Below, piece by piece: positions 1 to 11,056 of a stretch of 64,000 bases of DNA. The stretch's first letter is position 1. Each line of letters opens with the position of its first letter. The stretch comes from Bacteroidales bacterium (GTDB taxonomy: Bacteria > Bacteroidota > Bacteroidia > Bacteroidales > UBA10428): assembly GCA_016934395.1 (NCBI GenBank), contig JAFGSZ010000017.1, positions 54,345-118,344 on the forward strand, in the 5' to 3' direction. A model generated the notes under the pieces. It made no database searches and had not been told where the DNA came from. It saw only the letters and a list, made by a program, of their open reading frames with translations. The position numbers and the translations under genes were made by a program.

Positions 1-24
1 TCAATTTTACAAAAAGGATTGGGT

Positions 25-180
25 AAAACTACGCGCAGGCCAGAAAAAACAACCCTCGCTAAAGCTTCGGCTGATAAAAAATGCGGGCCAGACTGGCTGT
101 GAATTGCCATTTAGGCCGGAGTAGCCGTAATACATAGGCCGTTAAAAATGGCAAGAGAGCGTAGAAGCATATTTTTTTTA
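25..180 (+). ncRNA. Candidate structured non-coding element of unknown identity: a G+C-enriched island in AT-rich intergenic DNA, ending in a T8 run
   Basis: Nested complementary segments at 29-34/159-164 (ctacgc/gcgtag) and 104-112/146-154 (ttgccattt/aaatggcaa). A gc-ttcg-gc tetraloop-type hairpin sits at 64-71 and a T8 run at 172-179. There is no convincing ORF. I could not match RNase P, tmRNA, SRP or 6S consensus by eye. Confidence 0.2.
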
Positions 181-781
181 TGATTTTTTGTTTCTTTTGT
201 ATCCCGGACAAAAGAAAAAGAGGTTTTAAAATCCTGGATCTAAGCAAGTGTATTGCAAATCTACCTGGCGGCAGACAGGCTGAGCGACCCAAGAAGCGAA
301 CAAACTTTTATAAGCACCAATGAAAATAAACTCAATTAGAGAATTACCAGGCACAATCAGATACCGCAGAAAAGCAATTTTAAATCGCCGAAAATCGAAT
401 ATTTATACTTAAACTGTATTAAGGGACGGAAAATTTAATTCTGAAGGAGAATATTTTTCTATTTATACCTTCAAGACCGAATCCCGATTTTAGTATTGTT
501 AGGTTTTGAGAAACAAAAGCCTCAAAAACTAAGATCGGGAGAAGACATAATATAATTATAGGAACTAATTTGGTTTGTGGGGAGGCCGTAAATTATTTAA
601 ATATAAATTATTACAATTTTCGTGACTTTATACCGCAAATTGCTTAACATAATTTCGGCACCGTTATCGAACAACGCTGCGCGCCGTCACGATAACTGAA
701 ACTATGTTAAATACTCGCATACTCGTATTACGCAATTTGCTTGTGAATGTCCCATAATTAATATTATGTTAAATTGAATAT

Positions 782-818
782 ATAAAAAGAAAGGAGAAGT
801 AAAAGAATACCTCTCCTT
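782..818 (-). terminator. Rho-independent terminator downstream of the TPR gene
   Basis: 7-bp stem 791-797/812-818 (aaggaga/tctcctt). On the minus strand it is followed by TCTTTTTAT (complement of 781-790). It lies 18 nt after the stop at 836. Confidence 0.55.
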
Positions 819-835
819 CAAACTCTTTTTAAGAA

Positions 836-2143
836 TTATTCACATCCTAAGGTGCTTAATTCTACTTTTGTGTTTTCAAGCTTGTCATTAATTTTCATTC
901 TGTAATACAGTGTTTTTAATGTGTTCAGGGTTTCACATTTTGCAACCTTGTCCGAAGCCAGCTCATAGGATTTTTCCATAAATGGTAATGCTTTGGCAAG
1001 TTCATCATCTGCAATCTTCTTTGCCTTTTCGTATTCCTTATTATCTACTATTGAATTGGCTTTTTCGTATAGCTTAATGGCATAGTTATAATACAATACA
1101 CCCAGATTATAATATCCGTTAAAATAGTTTGGTTGTTTTTCTATACATTCATTATACAACTCAATGGCTTTTTCTGTGTTACCTATTTTATCATACATGG
1201 TAGCTTCGGCAAATGTAAATGATATATTATCAGGATCGTTGGCACGAGCTATACTCAGATAATCAAGCGCTTCTTTTTCAAGACCTTTTGAGAGGTAATA
1301 GTTGATCAACTCAATAAGAATGGCCTGGTCTTCAGGATATTTTTTAAAACCTTCACCAATTACTTCCATTCCTGTTGCGGTATCGCCTTTTTCAAAATAA
1401 TTTTTTTTCAAAAACACATACAGGTTCGGTTCCGGATAATTGTATTTCCGGGCGAGTTCGTAATAGTCAATGGCTTTATCATTCATTCCTGCGCGAGACG
1501 CGGTCATACCTGCAAAGTACATGATCATGGTATCCACATAATTATCGTAAACCTTCAATTTATTTATAGCCAGAATATCTTCAAAGCTACTTAACGATTC
1601 TGCAAATTTTTCTTTGTCGAACTGACTTCCGGCCTGGGATTCATATAATCTTTTCAAGCGGTCGAAATCATCTTTGATATCCTTACTTAGTTTACCATCT
1701 GTATCCAGAGCAGTGGCTTTTTCCAAAGCCTCTTTTGCAACCGGCAGCGGATTATCATACATTTTTTTTGTTTCCTCATAACTTTTTAATGCATCATCTT
1801 TAAAGACCATGTTTATTCGGTCGTATATGCATTTCTGTGCAGCTCCCCCTTCGATCTGAACCGTTTGTATTTCATTGGGTTCTCCAAAAATAAGTTTTAC
1901 TTCACTGAGCGGCATCCCGATACGCAGCCATTTCATGTTTACTTCATAACTATCCATATATGCTTCAGCCCGCGCAATCCAGGTTTTTGCCTTGCTGCTT
2001 TTTTTCTCATCCTTAATGGCTTCATCACTTTTGCTGAGTTTATTCTCAAGCGGAGCATAATTTATAAACGTAGTGGTTTGTGCCTTTCCAACTGTTGTAA
2101 TTATAAAAGTAAATAAAATTAAAAATAAACTAATTCGCTTCAT
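836..2143 (-). CDS. Secreted tetratricopeptide-repeat (TPR) protein
   Basis: 435-aa ORF. N-terminal signal peptide MKRISLFLILFTFIITTVGKAQ. Repeated TPR-like A/Y/L-patterned helices (e.g. AIDYYELARKY, AIELYNECIEKQPNYFNGYYNLGVLYY). Confidence 0.7.
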   Translation of the reverse strand: MKRISLFLILFTFIITTVGKAQTTTFINYAPLENKLSKSDEAIKDEKKSSKAKTWIARAEAYMDSYEVNMKWLRIGMPLSEVKLIFGEPNEIQTVQIEGGAAQKCIYDRINMVFKDDALKSYEETKKMYDNPLPVAKEALEKATALDTDGKLSKDIKDDFDRLKRLYESQAGSQFDKEKFAESLSSFEDILAINKLKVYDNYVDTMIMYFAGMTASRAGMNDKAIDYYELARKYNYPEPNLYVFLKKNYFEKGDTATGMEVIGEGFKKYPEDQAILIELINYYLSKGLEKEALDYLSIARANDPDNISFTFAEATMYDKIGNTEKAIELYNECIEKQPNYFNGYYNLGVLYYNYAIKLYEKANSIVDNKEYEKAKKIADDELAKALPFMEKSYELASDKVAKCETLNTLKTLYYRMKINDKLENTKVELSTLGCE

Positions 2144-2301
2144 CTTTATGTGTTTTAATATGTTACTTGATCACAAAATTATAATTAAATTAAGAACAGT
2201 CAAAAACTTTGCCAAATATTAATCAGAAAATTTTATGTTTGAATTTTAATTTCCATGATAAAGGACAAAAGAACTACTTCTGAATGTTTAAAAGGATTTT
2301 T

Positions 2302-4803
2302 TTATTCTCCTGTTTCCTCATGGTTTTCGTTTTCCGAATCTCCTTCTTCTTCAGTATTTTCACTGCTTCCGACCACGCTTGCTACTGCAGCTATAGAATC
2401 TCCGCTCCTGAGGTTCATAAGCCGAACTCCCTGAGTAGCCCTTCCCATCACCCGAAGACCGGAAATAGCCATCCTTATAGTAATCCCTGATTTATTAATA
2501 ATCATCAATCCGTCTTTATTGGTTACCGCTTTAATGGAGATTAATTCACCGGTTTTTTCAGTAATATTAATGGTTTTTACACCCTTACCACCCCGGTTTG
2601 TTATCCTGTAATCTTCAATATCAGTACGTTTTCCATACCCTTTTTCCGAAACTACCAGGATTGTAGATTCCGGGTCGTCTACACAAACAAAACCTACCAC
2701 CTCATCGTTGGGATTTGCCATTTTTATTCCCCTTACCCCTGAAGCGGTTCTTCCCATCGGTCGAATTTTACTTTCATGAAAGCGTATGGCTTTACCTGAT
2801 TTGATAGCTATAAGGATCTCATGATTGCCGCTAGTTAATCTTGCCTGAAGCAATGAATCCCCTTCTTTAATATTAATGGCGTTTATTCCGTTTTGCCGTG
2901 GCCTTGAATAGGCTTCAAGCGTTGTTTTTTTAATGACACCTTTTTTGGTGCACATCATTATATAATTGTTGTTAAGGTAATCCTCTTCAGAAAGACTGGT
3001 AACATTAATAAAGGCTTTTACTTTATCATTGGGTTCAATATTTATAAGATTCTGTATTGCCCTGCCCTTAGACGTGCGCTGACCTTCCGGAATCTGATAT
3101 ACTTTTTGCCAGTAGCATTTACCGTTTTCGGTAAAAAATAACATGGTATTATGCATGGTAGCATGAAACATATGTTCCAGGAAATCTTCCTCGCGGGTAG
3201 TACTCCCTTTCATACCTATTCCGCCCCTGTGCTGTGTCTTGAAATCAATAAGCGGCGTACGTTTAATATAACCCATATGCGATATGGTGATGATCATATC
3301 CTCATCTGCGTAAAAATCTTCAGGATTAAATTCTTCAGCATCGGGAACAATTTCAGTTCTTCTTTCATCACCATAGGTGTCCCGTACCTGAATCAGTTCA
3401 TCTTTTATAATCTGCATTCTCAGGCTTTCATTTTCAAGAACCTCCTTAAGATATGTAATTAATTTCTGAAGTTCGTCATAATCATTTCGAATCTTATCTC
3501 GCTCTAAACCAGTTAACCTTTGCAACCTCATATCGAGTATTGCTTTAGCCTGAATCTCTGAAAGTTCGAATTGTGTCATCAATCCGTCTCTGGCTTCATC
3601 GGGAGTTTTAGAACTTCGTATAAGTTTAATTACTTCGTCGAGATGATCCAGGGCAATTAATAAACCTTCAAGTACATGCGCTTTCTTTTCTGATTGTTCA
3701 AGATCGTATGCTGTACGCCGGATGACCACATCATGCCTGTGTTCGACAAAATAATGAATGATCTGCTTCAGATTTAACATTCTTGGTCTGCCTTTTACCA
3801 GGGCAATATTATTCACGTTAAATGTGGTCTGAAGCTGCGTGTATTTATACAGGTTGTTGAGTACAATACCTGACTGTGCGTCTTTTTTCAGTATAATTAC
3901 AATCCGGGTACCGGTTCGGTCCGATTCATCATTAATGTAAGAAATCCCATCGATTTTTTTCTCATTGATCAATTCAGCAGTTTTTCGTATCATTTCTGCT
4001 TTATTCACCTGATACGGAATTTCTGTAACTACGATCCTTTCCCTGCCGCTGGATGTAATTTCAATATCTGTTTTAGCCCTGAGTACAATTCGTCCTCTTC
4101 CGGTTTCAAAAGCTTCACGAACTCCCTTAAAACCATATATTATGCCACCGGTTGGAAAATCGGGGGCTTTAATATATTGCATCAGGCCATCTATATCTAT
4201 TTCATTATTTTCGATATAGGCTATTATGGCATTACAACTTTCAACCAGGTTGTGCGGCGCCATGTTGGTTGCCATACCCACAGCAATTCCTGAAGCGCCG
4301 TTTACCATTAAAATTGGAACCCGTGTTGGCAATACCGTGGGTTCTTCCAGGGAGTCGTCAAAATTGAGCTGAAAATCAACAGTATTTTTATCAATGTCCG
4401 AGAGGGTTTCTTCAGCAATTTTCTGCAGCCGTGCTTCAGTGTATCGCATTGCGGCGGGGCTGTCGCCGTCCATGGAGCCAAAGTTACCCTGGCCGTTCAC
4501 CAATGGGTATCGCAAAGACCAGTTTTGTGCCATCCTTACCATAGCATCATATACCGAAGTATCACCATGGGGATGATATTTTCCAAGCACCTCTCCTACA
4601 ATTCTTGCAGATTTTTTATACGGTCGGTTAGATAATAAACCAAGATCAGACATTCCAAACAAAACCCTTCGATGTACAGGTTTTAATCCGTCGCGAACAT
4701 CAGGTAATGCTCGTGAAATAATAACCGACATAGAATAATCTATGTAGGCTGCCTTCATTTCTTCTTCTATATTTACCTTTACAATTCTTTCACCTTCAGC
4801 CAT
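2302..4803 (-). CDS. gyrA: DNA gyrase subunit A
   Basis: 833-aa ORF. Canonical N-terminus [29 protein letters not shown] with the active-site region AAMRYTE. C-terminal beta-pinwheel repeats and an acidic tail. Confidence 0.97.
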   Translation of the reverse strand: MAEGERIVKVNIEEEMKAAYIDYSMSVIISRALPDVRDGLKPVHRRVLFGMSDLGLLSNRPYKKSARIVGEVLGKYHPHGDTSVYDAMVRMAQNWSLRYPLVNGQGNFGSMDGDSPAAMRYTEARLQKIAEETLSDIDKNTVDFQLNFDDSLEEPTVLPTRVPILMVNGASGIAVGMATNMAPHNLVESCNAIIAYIENNEIDIDGLMQYIKAPDFPTGGIIYGFKGVREAFETGRGRIVLRAKTDIEITSSGRERIVVTEIPYQVNKAEMIRKTAELINEKKIDGISYINDESDRTGTRIVIILKKDAQSGIVLNNLYKYTQLQTTFNVNNIALVKGRPRMLNLKQIIHYFVEHRHDVVIRRTAYDLEQSEKKAHVLEGLLIALDHLDEVIKLIRSSKTPDEARDGLMTQFELSEIQAKAILDMRLQRLTGLERDKIRNDYDELQKLITYLKEVLENESLRMQIIKDELIQVRDTYGDERRTEIVPDAEEFNPEDFYADEDMIITISHMGYIKRTPLIDFKTQHRGGIGMKGSTTREEDFLEHMFHATMHNTMLFFTENGKCYWQKVYQIPEGQRTSKGRAIQNLINIEPNDKVKAFINVTSLSEEDYLNNNYIMMCTKKGVIKKTTLEAYSRPRQNGINAINIKEGDSLLQARLTSGNHEILIAIKSGKAIRFHESKIRPMGRTASGVRGIKMANPNDEVVGFVCVDDPESTILVVSEKGYGKRTDIEDYRITNRGGKGVKTINITEKTGELISIKAVTNKDGLMIINKSGITIRMAISGLRVMGRATQGVRLMNLRSGDSIAAVASVVGSSENTEEEGDSENENHEETGE

Positions 4804-4962
4804 TTTCCAATAAATCGAATTTGTTTAAAAAATTTGTAAATTTATATTAAATTTATTAAAGTTTTACACTACTAATGTAGGTATTATTTGTGGTTTATAT
4901 AATTTTATAAAAGCCTTAATTATTAACATGAATATGTTTATAAAAGGTTTTCTTTTTATTAG

Positions 4963-4970
4963 TATATTTG
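4963..4970 (+). promoter_or_regulatory. Bacteroidota-type -7 promoter box (TAnnTTTG) for clpC
   Basis: Exact TATATTTG match at 4963-4970, about 50 nt upstream of the ATG at 5022. Confidence 0.45.
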
Positions 4971-5021
4971 CACGACATATATTTATTTGGTTGAGCGATT
5001 GATTTGAAAATTATTGATGAT

Positions 5022-7586
5022 ATGGATGCTAAATTTTCACAAAGGATTAAAGACGTTTTATCGTACAGCAAAGAGGAAGCGATACGGCTGGGAAATACAG
5101 AAATAGCCCCGGAACACTTGTTTCTCGGGATATTACGCGAAGGTGAAGGTGTCGCTATTGATGTGCTGATTACGCTTGGAGCTAATTTGTACGATCTCAG
5201 AAAAGATATTGAAAGTACACTAACTTCCTCAAAACCGGTAATGCTTACAAATACCGATAATATACCTTTATTAAAATCATCTGAACGTATATTAAAATTG
5301 GTTTATCTTGAAGCAAAGTCATTTAAAAAGAGTACTATAGATACCGGTCACTTATTGCTGGCCCTGATAAAAGATGAAAACAGTGCGGTAGCCCGGATAT
5401 TGGAAGATCATTTTATTAATTACGCAAAAGTAAAGCATGAGCTTGAACAGGATAACAATGAACGTACCGATGGTACTGATCCGCATGCAGATTTTTCGAG
5501 TGATGAAGATGATCAGGGAGCTTCATTCGGACCTCCCGGTAAAGGCTCCGGTTCGGAATCGGGTCAGAAATCGAGTTCAGATACTCCTGTTCTTGATAAT
5601 TTTGGTATTGACCTTACAAAAGCTGTTGAAGAAGACCGGCTTGATCCAATTATTGGACGAGAGCGGGAAATCGAGCGCTTAGCGCAGATATTAAGCCGAA
5701 GAAAAAAGAATAACCCTATCCTGATCGGTGAACCCGGAGTGGGTAAATCGGCCATTGCTGAAGGACTGGCAATGCGTATCGTACAGAGAAAAGTATCCCG
5801 GGTATTATTTGATAAACGTGTAGTTACTCTTGATCTGGCTTCCATTGTTGCCGGTACAAAATACCGGGGGCAGTTTGAGGAACGTATGAAGGCCATATTA
5901 AATGAGTTGCAGAAAACCAATGATGTGATTTTATTTATTGATGAGATTCACACCATTGTTGGTGCAGGCGGAGCAACCGGTTCGCTCGATGCAGCCAATA
6001 TGTTAAAACCTGCCCTGGCACGTGGTGAAATCCAATGTATTGGTGCTACAACCCTTGATGAATACAGGCAGCATATTGAAAAAGACGGCGCCCTGGAAAG
6101 AAGGTTTCAAAAGGTTATGATAGAACCTACCACTGCCCATGAAACCATCGAGATTCTTAATAATATTAAAGAACGATACGAGGATCATCATAATGTATTT
6201 TATACCCCTGAGGCTATTGATGCCTGCGTGAAACTGACCAACCGGTATATTACCGACCGCCATCTTCCCGATAAGGCTATTGATGCCCTTGATGAATCCG
6301 GATCACGTGTTCATATTTCGAATATTAAAGTGCCGGATGCCATCCTGGAACTTGAAAAAAAGGTTGAAGAAACAAAAAAGGAAAAAATAAAGGCCGTAAA
6401 AAACCAGAATTTTGAAAAAGCAGCAAGTTACCGGGATAAAGAAAAAGAATATCTGGAACTGCTTGATGACGAAAAAGTAAAATGGGAAAAAGAACTCACC
6501 CGCAACAGAGAGATTGTTGATGAAGAAAAAGTTGCCGAAGTTGTTGCCATGATGACCGGAGTACCCGTGCAGCGAATTGCCCAGGCCGAAGGGATCCGTT
6601 TACTAAAAATGAACGAGGAGTTAAAGGGTAAAGTGATTGGCCAGGAAGAAGCTATTGCCAAAGTGGTGAAATCCATTCAGCGGAACCGTGCAGGTTTAAA
6701 AGATCCGAATAAACCTATCGGTACCTTTATTTTCCTGGGACCTACGGGTGTTGGAAAAACCCAATTGGCAAAAGTACTGGCCCAGTATTTATTCGAATCA
6801 AGCGATAACCTGATCCGTATTGACATGAGCGAGTACATGGAAAAATTTTCTGTATCCCGTCTGGTGGGGGCCCCTCCCGGGTATGTTGGGTATGAAGAAG
6901 GCGGACAGCTCACTGAAAAAGTCAGAAGAAAACCTTATTCCGTAGTACTTCTCGATGAAATAGAAAAAGCTCATCCCGATGTATACCATATCCTTTTACA
7001 GGTATTGGATGAAGGACAGCTTACCGACAGCCTTGGAAGAAGGGTTGATTTCAGAAATTCTATTGTTATTATGACCTCGAATGTGGGTACACGGCAACTA
7101 AAAGATTTTGGCCGGGGCGTAGGATTTAATACACAGGCTAAAGACAGTTCCACAAACGATTATCAGAAAAGTGTAATTCAGAATGCTCTCAAAAAAGCCT
7201 TTGCTCCTGAGTTTCTGAACCGCCTGGATGATGTGGTTTTATTTAATGCCCTTACAAGAACAGATATACATAAAATTATTGATATTGAGCTTAAAGGGTT
7301 ATATAACAGAATATTTAATCTGGGATATAAAGTAAAACTTACTGCTGCAGCTAAAGATTTTATCGCTGAAAAAGGATATGATATCCAGTTTGGTGCACGG
7401 CCTTTAAAACGAGCTATTCAGAAATATCTTGAAGATCCGATGGCTGAAGTGATAATTAAAGGAAACGTAAAAGAAGGGGATACAATTTCTGTTGGATTTA
7501 GTAAGAAAAATGAAGAAATCACCTTAAAGGTTGTGCATAGTGCAAAACAGCTAAAGGCAAATGAAACAAAAATGCTTAAAGAATAA
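5022..7586 (+). CDS. clpC: ATP-dependent Clp protease ATP-binding subunit ClpC (class I AAA+ with UVR motif)
   Basis: Clp_N repeats at the N-terminus. Two Walker A motifs ([21 protein letters not shown]). UVR-like segment [16 protein letters not shown] at 5022 is preferred over the TTG at 5004 used by the ORF track. Confidence 0.9.
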   Translation: MDAKFSQRIKDVLSYSKEEAIRLGNTEIAPEHLFLGILREGEGVAIDVLITLGANLYDLRKDIESTLTSSKPVMLTNTDNIPLLKSSERILKLVYLEAKSFKKSTIDTGHLLLALIKDENSAVARILEDHFINYAKVKHELEQDNNERTDGTDPHADFSSDEDDQGASFGPPGKGSGSESGQKSSSDTPVLDNFGIDLTKAVEEDRLDPIIGREREIERLAQILSRRKKNNPILIGEPGVGKSAIAEGLAMRIVQRKVSRVLFDKRVVTLDLASIVAGTKYRGQFEERMKAILNELQKTNDVILFIDEIHTIVGAGGATGSLDAANMLKPALARGEIQCIGATTLDEYRQHIEKDGALERRFQKVMIEPTTAHETIEILNNIKERYEDHHNVFYTPEAIDACVKLTNRYITDRHLPDKAIDALDESGSRVHISNIKVPDAILELEKKVEETKKEKIKAVKNQNFEKAASYRDKEKEYLELLDDEKVKWEKELTRNREIVDEEKVAEVVAMMTGVPVQRIAQAEGIRLLKMNEELKGKVIGQEEAIAKVVKSIQRNRAGLKDPNKPIGTFIFLGPTGVGKTQLAKVLAQYLFESSDNLIRIDMSEYMEKFSVSRLVGAPPGYVGYEEGGQLTEKVRRKPYSVVLLDEIEKAHPDVYHILLQVLDEGQLTDSLGRRVDFRNSIVIMTSNVGTRQLKDFGRGVGFNTQAKDSSTNDYQKSVIQNALKKAFAPEFLNRLDDVVLFNALTRTDIHKIIDIELKGLYNRIFNLGYKVKLTAAAKDFIAEKGYDIQFGARPLKRAIQKYLEDPMAEVIIKGNVKEGDTISVGFSKKNEEITLKVVHSAKQLKANETKMLKE

Positions 7587-7608
7587 TACTAATACAACAT
7601 AATACTAA

Positions 7609-7633
7609 AGCGGGCCTTAAAGCCCGTTTTTTT
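7609..7633 (+). terminator. Rho-independent terminator after clpC (possibly bidirectional with rimO)
   Basis: Stem gcgggc/gcccg (7610-7615/7622-7626) followed by T7 (7627-7633). It overlaps the rimO stop codon on the opposite strand. Confidence 0.65.
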
Positions 7634-8942
7634 ATGCTTCAATTTCTCCAAATAAATCGTAATCAAGCGCTTCGGATATTTTTACGAAGTAAAAATATCC
7701 GATATTTAATTTTTTTGCTGAACGTATTAATACTTCATTATCCACTTCAGGAGAATCCGCCTCGGTTCTGCCCACATAAAATTCACCCTCTTCCCTATCA
7801 ATAATTACTTTATATACCGACCCGATTTTTTTATCATTCAACTCTTTAGAGATATTATTTTGTAAATTCATAATTTCTTCGGCGCGGAAATTTTTTACAT
7901 CTTCCGGAACGGAATCTTTAAAATTTCTTGCTGCGTAGGTATCTTCTTCTTCAGAGTAGGTAAAAATGCCCAGGCGATCAAAACGAACCGATGAAACAAA
8001 TTCTTTTAATTCATCAAAATCTTTTTCTTCTTCTCCCGGATGCCCCACCAGCAATGTTGTTCGAAGTGTAATATCCGGAATTTCTTTCCTGATAAAGTCA
8101 ATAAGATCATAGGTTTGTTGTTTGGTGTGATTGCGCCTCATATTTTTAAGCACATGGTTGCTTATATGCTGAAAAGGAATATCAAGGTAATTGCAAATAT
8201 TGGGATGGTCTTTTATTACCTGAATAATATCTTTTGGAAACTGCGCCGGATAAGCATAATGCAAACGCAGCCATTCAATACCGTGAATTTTTGATAACTC
8301 CCTGAGAAGATCGGCCAGTCGTTGCCTGCGATAGATATCTACACCGTAATATGTTAAATCCTGGGCAATTAAAATAATTTCCTTTGCCCCATTATTGGTA
8401 AGATACTCAGTTTCAGATACCAGGTTTTCTATAGATTTTGACCGGTGTTTTCCACGCATTAGCGGGATGGCACAAAAGGAGCAGGTGCGGTCACATCCTT
8501 CTGAAATTTTCAGGTATGCATAATGAGAGGGGGTAGTTAACAGCCTCTCTCCCACCAGTTCAGTCTTATAATCTGCCCCTAAGCTTTCAACAATTTGTTT
8601 GAGGTCGTTGGTCCCAAAAAACTGATCAACTGCAGGGATTTCGGTTCTCAGGTCGTTTTTATACCGCTCACTCAGGCAACCCATAACAAATACATTGTCA
8701 ATAATCCCGTCTTCTTTAGCTTTAACATATTGAAGTATGGTATCGATCGATTCTTCCTTGGCATCTTTAATAAAACCACAAGTGTTGATGATAACGGTTT
8801 TGGCTTTTTCGGAATTTGAATTGTGCAGCACTTTGAGTTTGTTCCCCTGTAATTGTTTCATCAGGTATTCTGAATCTACCAGATTTTTAGAGCAACCTAA
8901 CGTAACTATATTAATAATGTTATCTTTTACTTTGGTTTTCAT
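7632..8942 (-). CDS. rimO: Ribosomal protein S12 methylthiotransferase RimO (radical SAM MTTase)
   Basis: 436 aa. N-terminal UPF0004 domain (VTLGCSKNLVDSE), radical-SAM CxxxCxxC (CDRTCSFCAIP) and a C-terminal TRAM-like domain. Confidence 0.88.
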   Translation of the reverse strand: MKTKVKDNIINIVTLGCSKNLVDSEYLMKQLQGNKLKVLHNSNSEKAKTVIINTCGFIKDAKEESIDTILQYVKAKEDGIIDNVFVMGCLSERYKNDLRTEIPAVDQFFGTNDLKQIVESLGADYKTELVGERLLTTPSHYAYLKISEGCDRTCSFCAIPLMRGKHRSKSIENLVSETEYLTNNGAKEIILIAQDLTYYGVDIYRRQRLADLLRELSKIHGIEWLRLHYAYPAQFPKDIIQVIKDHPNICNYLDIPFQHISNHVLKNMRRNHTKQQTYDLIDFIRKEIPDITLRTTLLVGHPGEEEKDFDELKEFVSSVRFDRLGIFTYSEEEDTYAARNFKDSVPEDVKNFRAEEIMNLQNNISKELNDKKIGSVYKVIIDREEGEFYVGRTEADSPEVDNEVLIRSAKKLNIGYFYFVKISEALDYDLFGEIEA

Positions 8943-9087
8943 CGATTTAAAAAAATTGACTCTTGAAAAAACTCACAAAAATAAATAGTTTTTTGATTAG
9001 GTTAAAGTAATGTTTTCCTGTAAAATCAGGGAACTAAATTACTTCTAAATAAGGAATAAAGATAATCTATAAAAGAAGGAAAATTAT

Positions 9088-10041
9088 CTACTGTGAAAAC
9101 AAGGAATCCACAAATTCATGTTTGTTAAAAATATGAAGGTCTTCCATTTTCTCTCCAATACCGATATATTTTACGGGTATTTTAAACTGATCTGAAATAC
9201 CGAGCACCACACCCCCTTTAGCCGTACCATCAAGTTTTGTGATAGCCAAAGCATTGACCTGTGTTGCTTTTGTAAATTGTTTGGCTTGTTCAAAGGCATT
9301 TTGACCTGTGGATCCATCAAGGATTAACAACACCTCATGCGGGGCATCGGGTATAATTTTTTGCATTACCCGCTTAATTTTTGTGAGCTCATCCATTAAG
9401 TTTTGTTTATTGTGAAGCCTGCCCGCCGTATCAATAATAACAACATCGGCTTGCTGGGTTTTTGCGGATGATAAGGTATCATAGGCCACAGAAGCAGGAT
9501 CGGATCCCATTTTTTGTTTTATAATAGGAACTCCAACCCGTTCTGACCAGATTACCAGCTGATCGACAGCAGCAGCCCGAAATGTATCGGCAGCACCCAG
9601 AATGACTTTCTTCCCGGCTTTTTTAAAATGATAGGCAAGTTTTCCAATGGTAGTGGTTTTCCCAACGCCATTCACACCTACGATCATTATTACATAGGGT
9701 TTAACATTAAGGTCAGCAGTAAAATCTGATACTTCGTCTGTATTATTTTCGTCAAGCAGGGCAACAATTTCTTCTTTAAGAATATCATTTAGTTCATTTG
9801 TTCCAAGATACTTTTCGCTGGCAACACGCAGTTCAATACGTTTTATTATGCGCAGGGTGGTATCTACCCCTACATCGGAGGTTACCAGCACTTCCTCAAG
9901 ATTATCCAGCACCTCGTCGTCTACCTTTGATTTGCCAATAACTGCCCGTGAAAGTTTTTTAAAAACCGTTTCTTTAGTCTTTTCAAGACCTTTATTTAAC
10001 TCGCTTTTAGTGTTTTTGGAAAATAAACTGAGTTTTGCCAT
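9088..10041 (-). CDS. ftsY: Signal recognition particle receptor FtsY
   Basis: SRP54-type GTPase motifs GVNGVGKTTTIGKLA, DTAGR and TKLDG. ATG at 10041 is preferred over the upstream TTG at 10059. Confidence 0.93.
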   Translation of the reverse strand: MAKLSLFSKNTKSELNKGLEKTKETVFKKLSRAVIGKSKVDDEVLDNLEEVLVTSDVGVDTTLRIIKRIELRVASEKYLGTNELNDILKEEIVALLDENNTDEVSDFTADLNVKPYVIMIVGVNGVGKTTTIGKLAYHFKKAGKKVILGAADTFRAAAVDQLVIWSERVGVPIIKQKMGSDPASVAYDTLSSAKTQQADVVIIDTAGRLHNKQNLMDELTKIKRVMQKIIPDAPHEVLLILDGSTGQNAFEQAKQFTKATQVNALAITKLDGTAKGGVVLGISDQFKIPVKYIGIGEKMEDLHIFNKHEFVDSLFSQ

Positions 10042-10124
10042 AGTACCTGATTTGAACAAAAATAAAACAAAAAAAGCCTTCTTTATTTAAGAAAGCTTTT
10101 GAGCAAGTTATATAAAATATTCTT

Positions 10125-10277
10125 TTATTCTGCAAAAAAATCTTTAATATGCTCGTTGTTAACAACCTCTTCTTTAAAAATATAGGCATCTGACTTATCA
10201 GATTTCACCATTTTTATACATTTGGTAAAATTTCTTGTCGCGCCGGTCTGTAATGTTGCAACTACTTTCTTTGCCAT
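10125..10277 (-). CDS. DUF4295 family small protein (50 aa), absent from the ORF track because it is under 60 aa
   Basis: Hand translation gives MAKKVVATLQTGATRNFTKCIKMVKSDKSDAYIFKEEVVNNEHIKDFFAE, ending in TAA. It sits between rpmG and ftsY, where Bacteroidota carry DUF4295. Confidence 0.75.
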   Translation of the reverse strand: MAKKVVATLQTGATRNFTKCIKMVKSDKSDAYIFKEEVVNNEHIKDFFAE

Positions 10278-10286
10278 AGTATCTTA

Positions 10287-10469
10287 TTATTTTATTTCTC
10301 TGTGTACAGTAACTTTTCTTAAAATCGGATTGAACTTTTTCTGTTCAAGCCGGTCCGGTGTATTCTTCCTGTTCTTGGTTGTAATATATCTCGAAGTACC
10401 GGGCATTCCGCTATCCTTGTGCTCTGTGCATTCCATTATAACCTGCACCCTGTTCCCTTTTTTAGCCAT
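10287..10469 (-). CDS. rpmG: 50S ribosomal protein L33
   Basis: 60 aa: [17 protein letters not shown]...[33 protein letters not shown]. Confidence 0.95.
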   Translation of the reverse strand: MAKKGNRVQVIMECTEHKDSGMPGTSRYITTKNRKNTPDRLEQKKFNPILRKVTVHREIK

Positions 10470-10491
10470 GGTTCAATAAAATTAAATATAA

Positions 10492-10734
10492 TTAGTAACT
10501 AGCAAGGTATCCTTTTGCTTTTGCTTCTTCCAGAGCGGGTTTTAATCCCTTTTTATTTATATTTCTAATCCCTGATGCGGAAACTTTTAAGGTTACCCAT
10601 CGGTCTTCTTCCGGAAGATAAAATTTCTTAACAAAAAGATTTGGATAAAATTTTCTTTTTGTCCTTCTTTTAGAGTGAGATACATTGTTTCCCACCATAA
10701 CTTTCTTTCCTGTAATCTGACAAACTCTTGACAT
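10492..10734 (-). CDS. rpmB: 50S ribosomal protein L28
   Basis: 80 aa: [33 protein letters not shown], a typical L28 N-terminus. Confidence 0.95.
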   Translation of the reverse strand: MSRVCQITGKKVMVGNNVSHSKRRTKRKFYPNLFVKKFYLPEEDRWVTLKVSASGIRNINKKGLKPALEEAKAKGYLASY

Positions 10735-11056
10735 TTTCTTTCTGTTATTAGCACTAAATTTTAAACAGAGCGCAAATTACGGTAATTTTATTTAAATAAT
10801 CAAATATTCTACAAACGAATTTTTATTATAAACTGGGTATTTTAAATTAATAGTACAGCAATTCGATGAAATTATACGTGCAATTCAAAACAGAATAATC
10901 GATGTTGTATTGAAATATAAGACTATACGCTGGTTGTACTAATGTAAAAAATTAATTTGTAAGAAAAATCCAAAACATGCTGAAGTATCTGTAAAATATA
11001 TAATTTTTTAATACTGAAAATGAGCTCCTGATAGTAAAATTCTAATCTGAAAATAT

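Noticed and set aside
59-292. 77-aa ORF on the minus strand
   Set aside because: It is Arg/Leu/Lys-rich and low in complexity. It overlaps the G+C-rich structured island and has no recognisable motif or start context. It is likely spurious.
10007-10189. 60-aa minus-strand ORF between ftsY and rpmG
   Set aside because: It overlaps the ftsY start and is out of frame with the DUF4295 gene (10125-10277), which explains the locus better.
10222-10479. 85-aa plus-strand ORF
   Set aside because: It is antisense to rpmG and the DUF4295 gene.
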